This document shows, piece after piece, positions 10,610-23,688 of a DNA stretch of 64,000 nucleotides. Position 1 is the stretch's first letter, and every line of letters starts with the position of its first letter. Origin of the DNA: Octopus sinensis (taxonomy: Eukaryota). The stretch spans positions 197,780,001 to 197,844,000 of the forward strand of contig NC_042997.1 in the NCBI RefSeq assembly GCF_006345805.1, written 5' to 3'. A program made the translations under genes and the position numbers. The notes beneath the pieces are model-generated. The model was not told the DNA's origin. It ran no database searches and was given only the letters and a program-made list of their open reading frames with translations.

Positions 10610-10612
10610 AGA

Positions 10613-10655
<43 letters not shown>

Positions 10656-10767
10656 GATAGTATATTATATATATGTACTATATATATATATATATATATA
10701 ATATATATGTATATAGTATATATATTGTATATATATATATATATATTATATATATATATATATATTG

Positions 10768-10801
<34 letters not shown>

Positions 10802-10905
10802 ATATATTATATATATATATTGTACATATATATATATATATAGTGTATATATATATATTGTACTATATATATATATATATATATATTATTGTATATATAT
10901 ATAAT

Positions 10906-10973
<68 letters not shown>

Positions 10974-11214
10974 TGTATATATATATATATTGTACTCTAT
11001 ATATATATATATATATATATTGTATATATATATATATTGTATAATAGTATATATTGTACATATATATATATATATATATATATTGTATATAATATATATT
11101 GTATATATAATATATATATATATATATATATTGGTATATATATATATATATATTGTACCTATATATATATATATATTATATATATATATATATATATTGT
11201 ATATATATATATTG

Positions 11215-11265
<51 letters not shown>
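10610..11265. repeat. Very long interrupted (AT)n microsatellite
   Basis: About 650 bp of AT dinucleotides with recurring TTG/GTAC interruptions; source of several spurious ORFs. Confidence 0.95.
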
Positions 11266-11267
<2 letters not shown>

Positions 11268-11779
11268 CGAAAACATTTCTATGTATGTAGAGAGAATGCA
11301 TACATGTTATATAGTTAGTTACATATGTGTGGATATATGTACACAGAAGATATCTGTATCATATGTGTATATGATATCTCTATTATATGTGAATCTGTAT
11401 ATGTATTTAGAGAGAGAGAGAAAAGAGTGATACACAGACAGAAGGATAGAGATTTTCGTTATACAAATAAACAGATTCATAATTTAACAGCTGAGACATA
11501 TTAAAATAAATTCACGAATGTACTTTAAATAAACAAACATGTTATTTACATAGCGTGTTGATTCCCCTGTTTTTAGTAACTCATACCAACATAGGTCAGA
11601 CTGAATGTTGATCTACCTTGTAATATATTTGTTATTGATTCGCAAATACGCAAATACACACACATATGTATACATATCTATCTGTCTATCTACGTTATGT
11701 ATGTGAGGAAAAATATCAAAAATTTTCCAGATTCCTGTTTTGTTATGTATGTATACACGCATGCACACAATCACACACA

Positions 11780-11845
<66 letters not shown>

Positions 11846-12321
11846 GTTTGTTTAAATTTGTTTGTGAATGTGTGTGTGTGTGTATCAAGATCAAATTTCA
11901 GCAGTGCAGACAGTTGTATAATAAGGTACCAGGATAACAATCAATATATAAGAAGGAATACTGTATACATATTCAACAAGAAGCAACCAATTTGAAACGA
12001 CCAGAAACGAAAACATCATTTGATATAGTTTCCCATTAACATCGATACTGAAATAATATCAACAAGGGACAATCTCTCGTTAACAAACAATTTTCAAAAC
12101 CCAGACTTCCATCGATTCCTTAACAGAAACAATATATAGTTAAGCTTTAGCTGCATACGAAACTATTCCAGTATAATATACGCACGTAATCTTGTGAGAA
12201 AGCAAGTAACAGAGTCTCTACATGGATGCACGCTCTAAAAGAAACAGCAGGCAAATCTTCCTCAAATTACACTTTCTTTAAATTTTTAAACAGGATACAT
12301 GACTTAATGTAGTTTTAGATA

Positions 12322-12501
12322 GGCGTAGGAGTGGCTGTGTGGTAAGTAGCTTGCTTACGAATCACATGGTTCCGGGTTCAGTCCTACTGCGTGGCGCCTT
12401 GGGCAAGTGTCTTCTACTATAGCCTCGGGCCGACCAATGCCTTGTGAGTGGATTTGGTAGACAGAAACTGAAAGAAGCCCGTCGTATATATATGTGTGTG
12501 T

Positions 12502-12558
<57 letters not shown>

Positions 12559-12774
12559 ATATGTTTATGTGTCTGTGTTTGCCCCCCCCCAACATCGCCT
12601 GACAACCGATGGAGTGTGTCTACGTCCCCGTAACCTAGCGGTTCGGCAAAGGGACCGATAGAATAAGTACTAGGCTTACAAAGAATAAGTCCTGGGGTCG
12701 ATTTGGTCGACTAAAGGCGGTGCTCCAGCATGGCCACAGTCAAATGACTGAAACAAGTAAAAGAGTAAAGAGTA
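12322..12774 (+). mobile_element. SINE family A, full length, with internal (AT)n(GT)n microsatellite and (AAAGAGT)n tail
   Basis: tRNA-like head GGCGTAGGAGTGGCTGTGTGG, B-box GGGTTCAGTCC, tail GAAACAAGTAAAAGAGTAAAGAGTA. Confidence 0.9.
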
Positions 12775-13877
12775 TCCCTAAAAAGACGGGTTGCATCCGA
12801 GTATTTCATCTTTGATCATAGTTTTGCTCAGTCTAAGTGTGCCTGAGACCAAACATCTTCACTAACACCAGTACCACCACCACCACCACCACCACTACTA
12901 TGATCTTAACAATACATATGTTTAAGAGTCTTAAGGACACCTATCAACCTTCAGTAGTTCCGCATCTTCTATCTACATTATTTCTCACGAAACATGAAGT
13001 AATTTTGCAAGATAATCGTCGTTTAATGTTTCTCAACGTTTGTTATCTTGTAATCCTATTCAAGAAAAAAAAAAGCATTATTTATTTATCAGTCACAGAT
13101 AAATATGAAGATATAAGAATATACAAGGCAGTAGCATATCATGTTTGCATGCACTCTATAGTGTTGATAAAGAATATTCGTTAACCAATTTAATTAATAT
13201 CTTTCCTAATTGAATTTAATATATTGCGCTCATGGAATTATATACCCAACAGGAGGATCAAAATAGTTGTTTAAAATTCCATGAGCGCCATCTCTAATTT
13301 CATATATAAGATAACACAGTTCTGATTATGTCTTCTTTGGCGTTACAGAGTTATATGTAAAAATTTGGATTGTGAATAACAGCTATAGATTTCATAATAA
13401 ACATCTGTATAGCATATTCTAACGTATTCATCTCATTGGAAGGCATGATGCTGTGGTTTTTGCCTGAATAAAAAATCTCCATAAACGTTCTGTGTTAGGA
13501 AGACTTTCCTTCTAGAACATTGTCACTGACGTGTAGCCGGTCGTCACAAAATTTTCCATATCTGATACACCTCGAGCAGTGAATAAAACATTCACTGGTA
13601 TTGCGGAAAGCATGCCGAGCTAAATTAAACTCAGTGCACGCAACTGAAATAACATTTAATCAAAATCGCCGTCAGTACCATACACGACATTCTAACAACA
13701 TATCTATGAAGAAATTTTCTTCAGACAAAAACTACAACATCATGGCTTTCAATGCTCCGAGATACGTATTGTGTCTCTCTAACACAGCGTATCTATGAAC
13801 GGATTTTCTCTCAGACAAAGGCCACAGTATCATACCTTCCTATGGTATATACACGTTAAATGCAGGTAACAGATTTT

Positions 13878-14107
13878 AATTCAATCATTTAGCATTTAAA
13901 CTGACCATATCTAGTCCAATATTCTACCAGTTTTACGTTCAAACTGGTGATATTTAGCCTCTCACACCTACCCTACAATGTCGTCCTAAAAATAAACAAT
14001 TACATCATTGAAATCTCAAAGCTACGAGATGATGTATGATTAATTCAAAACAATGTGAATAAATAAGGTTTACATTTGACAGAATAATTTAAATGTTGAA
14101 GAGTTAA
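13878..14107. mobile_element. Degenerate piggyBac-like (TTAA) MITE relic
   Basis: Ends resemble ..CATTTAGCATTT / AAATGTTGAAGAGTTAA. Identified only by resemblance of the termini. Confidence 0.35.
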
Positions 14108-14727
14108 GGTTATTGCAATGGGTATGAGACATTTTAAGCACAGCCGTTCAAGCGTTCTCTATTTAAGGTCAGACGTTTTAATCTTTCTCTCGCTCTCAAC
14201 CTCCCTCTCTCTGTCAGTTTCTATCTCCCCCCCCTTGCCTCCCTCTCTCTCTCAGTTTATGTCTGAGAGCTTATTTCTCGATCTGTATGAGGGGAGGGAA
14301 AGTGTTTATGTCAAATAGCAAACTAGCTCGTTAAGAAAATCTCTATTATGTCAGTCTTGTTTAATAAATTACTATGTCTCTCTTTCTCCGTCTCCCCCCC
14401 TCTCTCTCTTTCTCGTTCTTCCTGTCTGTATGTCTGTATCTCCGAATGCTCATGTGTATCTATGTATGTGTGTGTGTGCATGCGTGCGTTTGTCGTCAGC
14501 GCCGAAAAGTTCTGTCGCCAAAACAAACAGCCGTGAAAAATCGTCAATATTCAAACAAATGCGCCCAAACATCTTGTGTATATTCATGTCTGAAGGTATC
14601 ATACGAAAATTGAACAAGATATTCATCGTTGTTGGTTAATTAGACATTAATTAACACAACAGCACAGCATGGACGATGAACATACAATATTCGTATAATA
14701 CTGAGCATTTAAGAAAATATGAACATA

Positions 14728-14965
14728 GGCGCAGGAGTGGTTGTGTGGTAAGTAGCTTGCTTACCAACCACATAGTTCCGGGTTTAGTCTTACTGCATGG
14801 CACCTTGGGCAAGTGTCTTCTACTGTAACCTCACCTAGCGATATTTCTTCCGGCTTATTACATTTTGAGATCGAATTTCGCCGCAGTTTCAGGGTCGATG
14901 AAGTAAGCACTGGGGTCTGTTTACACACTTCGTTAAAATTACTGGCCTTGGGCCAAAATTAAGGA
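14728..14965 (+). mobile_element. SINE A head (14728-14830) followed by a degenerate SINE B fragment
   Basis: GGCGCAGGAGTGGTTGTGTGGTAAG...GGCAAGTGTCTTC, then GAGATCGAATTTCGCCGC...GGGTCGATGAAGTAAGCACTGGGGTC. Confidence 0.65.
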
Positions 14966-15831
14966 ATTGTTGGAAAGGTATGAACTGCGAGAGTTGCAGT
15001 TATAACAGAACTGATGGAAAATCTTGTATGGGGATGAACCGACATATGTGTGTGTATGTATGTGTGTGTGTGTGTGAGAGAGGAGAGAGAGAGAGAGAGA
15101 ACAATATAAGAAATGCATGAAAAGGTGTGTGGTACGTACGTGCATGTGTGTTTGTATTTGTGCGTGTGGGAGTGAAATGCGATGTATTGATTAAGATCTG
15201 AATAAAACTCGCCAGGTGAGAGAATCAATGGCTATTGTTGGTTGAAAAGGAAGACCAGACATTGGTGGGGAGAACTGAACGAAGCGTTTCAAAGAATAGA
15301 ACGGAGATTATGTCTGAATAAAATTCTGTTTAATTAACTGATGTTTATCCTGTAGGTATAGACGAAAATTAATGTATGAAGACATAACTAAAATGTGTAA
15401 CGTTCCTGTGATGAAGCTGATATCTGAAAGAACACAATAAGCACGTAGATAAAGGTAGATAAATCTCACCATTAAGGCGAATACAATAACGACAAACATG
15501 TTTTATATAAGGTTTAAAGATTTATAAATGCCAAGATATAAGAGATATAAGCGTTTCTCCTTAGCAGCGTAATGGAATTTTAAATCTATGATATTATTTT
15601 CGATTGATTTATCGATTAGTATTTCTGATCAATCGATAAGTTTATATAAGGGCCTTATTCATAAGTTTAAAGTAAATTTCACATACGCTCTTACAATTTT
15701 ACAATATATTCGTGGATCGATAACATATAATATATTATTATATACGTGTTATCGATCACTGAATATACATACACCTCAACGCTCAGAACCCAAAATTATA
15801 TAGGACATATATTACACGCAAATATATATGT

Positions 15832-16031
<200 letters not shown>

Positions 16032-16292
16032 TGTATGAATGTATATGAATATGTATCTTTCTTTCCCTGATACACACACGCACACATACATATGTATATA
16101 TACGATATATACATACATACATACATACATACATACGTACATACATACATACATATATATATATATATATTATATATATATATATATATGTACACGATAT
16201 ATATATGTGTGTGTTAAGCTTAAGGCTTATATTATTTATAAAATTGTAAAAAAAATCGACACTGCTTACCAAAAATCATTACATCATATATG

Positions 16293-16339
<47 letters not shown>

Positions 16340-16341
<2 letters not shown>

Positions 16342-17003
16342 GGAAATGCATTAAATACTGAAAAACGTACATGTAAGGCACAGAAGGACCCTTATTCTTC
16401 ATCAGTTATCGACCAAAATACTAATATTCAGTTTCGTGCCTTTAACGAATAAGACTGAGAACTTCGTATATCGGCGGCACCCGCAAAATTTGTGGGAGAA
16501 TTAGGGCTCAAGCAAACAAAACAATACAGGGTGGACGTACGGATGTAAACAAATGTAATTTGAAATGATAGCCGAGACAGAATAAATACAGCCTTTCGGT
16601 CAAACACTCGAATGATGGGTAACGTCTAGAAGAAATCCTCAATTGATATAGAAAGAGAAATAGCAAGAGATGAGAAAACGTTGACCGGCAAGCCAAGTGT
16701 CCGGCGGCTGGTTTTCTCATCTCTGCCTTTTCACCGCCGGATGCTTGGCTGTATTTATTCTGTCTTCGTCTATCATTTCAAATTACATTTGTTTACGTTC
16801 GTACGTCCACCCTGTATTGTTTTGCTTACTTGTGTCCTAATTCTCCGCAAATTTTGCGAGCGCCGCCGATATGCGAAATTCTCAGTCTTATCATTAAAGG
16901 CACGAAACTGAATATTAGTATTTTGGTCGATAACTGATGAAGAATAAGGGTCCTTCTTTGTATTACTCGTACGTTTTATAGTATTTAATGCATTTTTCAT
17001 TTA
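16340..17003. mobile_element. Foldback element with ~255-bp arms, ~150-bp spacer and hammerhead-like core
   Basis: 16340-16595 is the diverged reverse complement of 16745-17003. Arms contain GGCACGAAAC...CTGATGAAGAATAAG. Confidence 0.8.
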
Positions 17004-17383
17004 TTGAGTAACTGAACGCCACGTATGCCGGCTTTTGCCAACAGTAAGTTTGTACACACCCACACATACACACACACACACACAAATATATCAGCACAGG
17101 CGGATACCATAAGAGCTCTCAGGTATAGTCCAGGTTTAGGCTAACCGCATTAAGTTGTAAGAAGACTGAAAGATCACTTTGGGTGAGCAATCTCATCGGG
17201 ATTCTTCTGACGGGTAAATCCAGGATTATGAATATTTTCAGGGGTGTAAATCCATTTCAAAGAATACGAAGACCGGTACATCTTCAAATGTTTCTTTTAA
17301 TTCAAGAGTTATGCCTTATAATTAACGGTTGAATTAAGAGAAATTTGAAAATGTACTAGTCTCTGTATTCTTTGTAATCTCTC

Positions 17384-17418
<35 letters not shown>

Positions 17419-18793
17419 ATCTACATATGTGTGTGTGTGTGTGTGTATTATATATATATATATATATGAATATACACACTTACTCATACACACACACTCA
17501 TAAACACACACACACATATATATAACGAAAAAAATAAGTACTCAACATATTTGGTTGGAGTTACATATATCTAATAACATTTTAACACAGCTCTTCATTA
17601 CCTTGAGTTTCTTAGGTGTAGGAAACATCCTCATTATCAGATGTTCAGAGACATTTGGAATAAGGGGAAGCCGACATACGCACACGCACGCACGCGCACG
17701 CGTAGGGCTAGAGATGAGAGCGATTACCTCCCTTGCAAATGCTATAAGGACACAGACTGTGTGTAGATAGCCAGCTGAAAAAGATGTTTTCCTGGGGCTA
17801 TAACAACAGTATCATCGTCTTATATAGGACTGTCACGTTCTGTTGGCATATAACCATTATATATATATCGTATGTAAAAAAACAAATCCGAAAGAAGAAG
17901 CACTTCTTCTTTCGCCTGCGTGTATATATACATGAAGAGGTAGGTACGTATATATATGTATATATATATATGCATATGTTTTATTTATTAATATATTATA
18001 TGACGGAACGCACGCATCCCTTTCTAAGTAAGATTGTTCTTGATATTAATTTTGATGCGCACTCTTAACCTTTCTGTCCCATCCCTTTCTCAGCCTTCAT
18101 TCTTTGATTTCCTTTTCTTCTACTTAACTGTCTCTCCCTCTCTCTCATTCTTCACTCTCTCTTTCTCCCTCTCTCTCATTCTTCATGGTTTCCTCACAAC
18201 CATTCCCCTTTCTTCTCTCCCTTTCTCTTGCTCCTCCTCCTCCCTCCCGTCGTTGACCCGCGACGAGAGCTCTGCTACTGTCTTTCTGGCCTGACTTCCT
18301 TGAAGTGTAGACAGCATTTTCTGTTGCTCCTTCGCCGTTCTCAAAAATAGCGTTCGTAATACTTTTTCTCGTTCGGCTTAACAGCCCTTCTTGTCTTGTT
18401 ATTTTCCATGTCCTGTCTTTTACTGCTTATATTTTGTACTGTCGTTACTGTCCTGTTTTTGTTACCATTTTTACCCCTCTACAAAAATATCTCAAATTTT
18501 ATTTTATTTGCTTTTCGCAGGAAGGAAAGTTTCTATCGAAGATACGTCTCGCCTTCACCTTCGAAACGTAGAGTAGATGAAACCATGGCGACTGAAGAAA
18601 TGGTTTTTTCCTTGTGTTATTTGTCCTGTACTCTATTTTTTTGTTGTTTAAGAAAAATGTCCAGTTCCTTGGGTTTGTGTCTATGTTTTCGTTTCTCATT
18701 GTGTTCGAAGTTTTTTTGGTGTCCCGTACTCATATATGCGTGTATATATACATGTAAAGGTAGGTACGTACATATATGTATATATATATGCAT

Positions 18794-18842
<49 letters not shown>

Positions 18843-18844
18843 TT

Positions 18845-20028
18845 TATTATATAGAAGGAGCTTCTACAGGACTAGAACTGTTTCATTCAAGAGAAATCTT
18901 CAGGAAGCTAGTTAACAAGAATTGTATTGGCATTTATACATTTAGGCAGGTTTAAGGGGTGTTGGTGGGGGACTTTTTGGGGGTAGGCATAGCGCAAAAT
19001 ATCATACTTGGGGGAGTGGTCAAGGAGTCAGTGTTAAATTAGATAGAAGAATAAATAAAAAAATAAAAAAATATATAAAAAAAAAGGGAATAGAGTTTTA
19101 GGTAAATAAGGAGATTCTCACTTATACCTATGCACATAAGTATACATATATACACACACATACAAACTATATACATATACATACACACATACCTACACAC
19201 ACACATATATACATATATATACACTTACACACATACATATACATATCTACACATACACATATATGTATACATACACACACTCACATGCATACACGTATAC
19301 ACACATGTATATATACACACACCGACCACACATACATATACACACAGAAAATATATATACACATACACACACATACTCACATACACGCATACACACCATA
19401 TCCACACACACACATGCACACACAGCACACTAGGGACTAGTGTGCTGTGTGTGCATGTGTGTGTGTGGATATGTGTGTGTATGCGTGTATGTGAGTATGT
19501 GTGTGTATGTGTATATATATTTTTCTGTGTGTATATGTATGTGTGGTCGTGTGTGTATATATACATGTGTGTATACGTGTATGCATGTGAGTGTGTGTAT
19601 GTATACATATATGTGTATGTGTAGATATGTATATGTATGTGTAAGTGTATATATATGTATATATGTGTGTGTGTAGGTATGTGTGTATGTATATGTATAT
19701 ATGTTTGTATGTGTGTGTATATATGTATACTTATGTGCATAGGTATAAGTGAGAATCTCCTTATTTACCTAAAACTCTATTCCCTTTTTTTTATATATAT
19801 TTTTTTATTTTTTTTATTTATTCTTCTATCTAATTTAACACTGACTCCTTGACCACTCCCCCAAGTATGATATTTTGCGCTATGCCTACCCCCAAAAAGT
19901 CCCCCACCAACACCCCTTTAAACCTGCCTAAATGTATAAATGCCAATACAATTCTTGTTAACTAGCTTCCTGAAGATTTCTCTTGAATGAAACAGTTCTA
20001 GTCCTGTAGAAGCTCCTTCTATATAATA
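18845..20028. mobile_element. 1.18-kb near-perfect palindrome with a 3-nt loop
   Basis: Centre ...CACACTAG-GGA-CTAGTGTG... at 19430-19440. The ~590-bp arms include an inverted degenerate (CA)n tract. Confidence 0.92.
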
Positions 20029-20129
20029 AATTAATTTTACTCTGCTATGTATTGAGTACCTTATTTACTGTGGTTAACCCCGAATCAACCCGGGACCTAC
20101 ATATATATATATATTATATATTATATAAT

Positions 20130-20175
<46 letters not shown>

Positions 20176-20401
20176 TATAATTATAGTCAAGAGAAATAGC
20201 TACGTGTTTGGCTAAATTTTCGGTATGTGGGTGAAGCAAATTTTTTTGCTGAATCCTAATTATAATTATACCCATAATTATAAAAAATTGTTGTTTAAGT
20301 TTACCGATAATGGTTCTTTTAACATGCCAAAACTACTTGATAAATTATTAATAATTGATAATTATTAATTAATTTATTTATCATAGCGTTTATTATTATT
20401 G

Positions 20402-20437
<36 letters not shown>

Positions 20438-20920
20438 TATAAGCATATAAATAGATAGATAGAGGGAGATTAGGCCTAGTAGTGATTTTAATTGAGTTTT
20501 AATTGTGATGATTTTAGTTTCATTGTTTAAAACTAGAGATATGAAGTACAAAATTGTTCTCTTACATGTGTAATTACAATGTCGATGGGTTGTTAAAGGA
20601 AATAGGAGATTCATATGTGCATCAAATTCCACCTAATTTTACAGTTCTATCTCCACTCCTTGAACACATAACTGGAAAAGCTCTTACTCACGAGTTCTTT
20701 GATACAGAATCCATACAGCGGAATTGCTGCCATCTATCCGTCTTTTCAGATTCCTTCCTCAGTGCTATAATCCTTTTCTACCGTTTTAGCCTTATCTGGT
20801 AAGAGTTGTACAAAATCCACCCTGAATGTTTTAAAGCCCATAGGCAATTTTCTGCTCTTTGACCATTAAGTTTCGATAAAAACTACATTAGCGGTCTAAC
20901 AACAGTTGAAAGTAACACAC

Positions 20921-21305
20921 GGCTAAACACAGAGAGGACAAACAAGGAGAGACAAATGGATTAAGTCGATTACATCGACCCCAGTGCGTAACTGGTACTT
21001 AATTTATCGATCCCAAAAGGATGAAAAGCAAAGTCAACTTCGGCGGAATTTGAACTCAACGTAACGGCAGACGAAATACCTATTTCTTTACTACCCACAA
21101 GGGGCTAAACACAGAGGGGACAAACAAGGACAGGCAAACGGATTAAGTCGATTATATCGACCACAGTGCGTAACTGGTACTTATTTAATCGACCCCGAAA
21201 AGATGAAAGGCAAAGTCGACCTCGGCGGAATTTGAACGTAGCGGTGGACAAAATGCCACATAGCATTTCGCCCGGCGTGCTAACGTTTCTGCCAGCTCAC
21301 CGCCT
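20921..21305 (-). mobile_element. SINE family B, head plus second tandem unit
   Basis: Head GGCGGTGAGCTGGCAGAAACGTTAG at 21305. Junction GACGAAATACCTATTTCTTT at about 21070-21090. Confidence 0.85.
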
Positions 21306-22319
21306 TTAACATGAAAGTTAACGTGTACCGTTGACTCTTTTGTTTGAAGAACATCATTTCCGCTGTAATGTGCGGCCTTATACTATTTTGCTATGGTTAA
21401 TTTTCATAGTCCGCCTCAGTTAAATGATCAAGGTACATTTATCCACACACACACACATGTTTCATGTGTGACTTAGCTTTAGTTATATGTTCCACTCGCT
21501 CAGAATTTCTTATTAAGCTATTTCTTGTAACCACATACACATATGCGAATCATACAACGTTCATTTTTACATGAATACTTCGTTAAACAGATGGTGTATA
21601 CATACAATCTACACAATTCACATAAATTGTATGAACAGAAGACTTTAAAATATTCTCCAGTGGTGACATTTGAAAGGCCCAAAACATTGTAGCTTCACTG
21701 TGAGACACAAAAGACACACATCTTTATATCCTTTGTATTCATAGACAACACACGAGTAAAGATTCCACAGTTTTCACAAATGCTATCTTTCACAAATATC
21801 TTAATACTTTCTGGAGACATTTGACGTTTATAAAACAGAAATGACTAAACACGAAAAGCCAGGTTTCTTGGTCAGATCAGTTACTGACCTTTTCAAAGCA
21901 CAATTGCGTCACATAATAGTATACTGCTTTTGATAGTCAATACAAATTATGCAGAGTCTGTAGTCTTCTCCAGCCTGCCTAGACACTCTATTTAACTGTA
22001 ATGCAGCTGTTGCTTTGTATAAATATTCTAACCATCATTTCTTGATAAGATATTTGTCTGATCAGTTAATCTTCGTTCAACAACACTAAAATATCAAATG
22101 CTATAGAAGAAAGCTGGCTCCGTCGATAATCCGGTTCCTTGTCTTGTTATCCTTATAATATTTCGAACTATCGAACACCTTACTAAGTAATGTAAAAACC
22201 CCTAAAATTACCCCTCTCTCCTTGTTTTCTCGACACCCTCGACTTTTAAACAATCTAAGCTATTAACATAACACAAGGCATTTGCAAGGCTCTCTTTATG
22301 TTATAAATATACCTGTATG

Positions 22320-22453
22320 ATATTTCGTTTTTGGATTTGGTTTGCAAGATTCTTTATATGAGTTCGTGTATTGAAGCATATTCTGTTGTATCTGGGGAGA
22401 GTCATTTCTTTTTGTGCCTTATAATGTAATTCATTCACCGGTAAAATGTCTAC

Positions 22454-22502
<49 letters not shown>

Positions 22503-22660
22503 GAGAGTAAAAACTACTGAAAAGGTTGCAAGACGCAACGAAAATTTTAGGAAAATAAAAATAAGAAAAAAAGTGGAAATTTTACCGATGAGTGTGTTAC
22601 ATTAGAAGGTACAAAAAGAAAATGACTCTCCCCAGACACAACAGAATACCTGTATGAATT
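22320..22660. mobile_element. Foldback repeat centred on (TAT)n; same family as 57575-58078
   Basis: TATTCTGTTGTATCTGGGGAGAGTCATTTCTTTTTGTGCC pairs with GGTACAAAAAGAAAATGACTCTCCCCAGACACAACAGAATA. Confidence 0.8.
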
Positions 22661-22972
22661 CTCAAGATTCTCTCTATCCGTATGTTAAAAATATCTTCAA
22701 CTTAGAGAAAACTAATACAATCCTTTCTTTGATTTTACAATATTTTATATTCCCAACACTATCAACCTACTCGCTTCTTAATATTCTGACGGTTATATTT
22801 GTTTCCCTCACTCTATTTCTGCAGTAGTTATTTCGATCTCACCGAGAACTCAAGCTCTGTCAGAAACTAAAAACCATAACCGAATCAAATCTGTCGAGTT
22901 CCTTAATACTACAGTAAACTTGAACTGAGATACAGTTCTATATATTGAAGAGAAATTATGTACATTATTTGT

Positions 22973-23215
22973 GGAGGAGAGTGGCTTAGTGGTTAGGGTG
23001 TCAGCGTCATGATCGTAAGATTGTGGTTTCGATTCCTGGCCCGGGCGACGCGTTGTGTTCTTGAGCAAAACACTTCATTTCACGTTGCTCCAGTCCAGTC
23101 AACAGGCAAAAATGAGTAACGCTGCGATGGACTGGCGTCCCGTCCAGCTGGGGAACAGATACGCCATTGAAACCGGGAAACCGGGCCCAAGAGCCTGGCT
23201 TGGCTTTAAAAAGAT
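22973..23215 (+). mobile_element. SINE family C (tRNA head plus Meta/V-like conserved domains)
   Basis: A-box TGGCTTAGTGG, B-box GGTTTCGATTCC, body TTGAGCAAAACACTTCATTTCACGTTGCTCCAGTCC and GCGATGGACTGGCGTCCCGTCCAG. Copies at 31033 and 55401; a degenerate minus copy at about 23480-23640. Confidence 0.75.
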
Positions 23216-23688
23216 GTATTTATTTATTTTTTGTTTGGGGGGGATGGAGTTGAAATCGCAGTAGAGTCCGCTCGAACGGGCAGCCATAACAAAGTGGCTA
23301 TGAATATTGCTTGTCAATACTTTTTCTGTCTAAAAGAAATGTATAGTCATAAGATTTAGACTTAATTCTGTGACGAGTTCTACGACTCAGAAGTCCGGTG
23401 TTAAAGCCGGTTTCCATGGTCTATAAGTGTCTAAAACGACAACACTCTCTCCTGAACGGGACGCCTGTTCGTCGTTAGGTTAACCTCCCAAATATTGTTG
23501 GAATTCATTTAGAGTTGAGTGAACTGGAGAATAGCGAAATGAAGGGCTTTGCTCAAGAACACGACTCACCTCCTGGCCCGAGAATCGAAACTATAGTGTC
23601 ATGATCTTCAGCGCAATATTGTTACCACTTGGTCCCCACCGTGATATATAGCTTTAAACCAATCCTAATTCTTCTACTGACACGAATA

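Noticed and set aside
10563-11430. Long Y/I-rich ORFs (up to 221 aa); likewise H/T-, C/V- and Y/I-rich ORFs at 2569-3222, 19130-19740, 30335-30786, 53379-53995 and 60327-60930
   Set aside because: Translations of (AT)n, (CA)n and (TACA)n microsatellites, which lack stop codons; not proteins.
12322-12400. tRNA-like heads (A/B boxes) here and at 22973, 38749 and 45300
   Set aside because: No complete cloverleaf or acceptor stem; each continues into a SINE body, so these are not tRNA genes.
17090-17290. GC-richer unique segment, possible exon
   Set aside because: Stops in the frames examined and no recognisable motif or splice pair.
20554-20802. 82-aa ORF with protein-like middle and a GTAAGA donor at about 20799
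   Set aside because: No convincing acceptor for the long frame and no recognisable homology; within chance expectation.
21880-22150. Faint RT-like words on the minus strand (DYRRSQLSSI, CIICIDYQK)
   Set aside because: Too degenerate and out of frame to support a call without a profile search.
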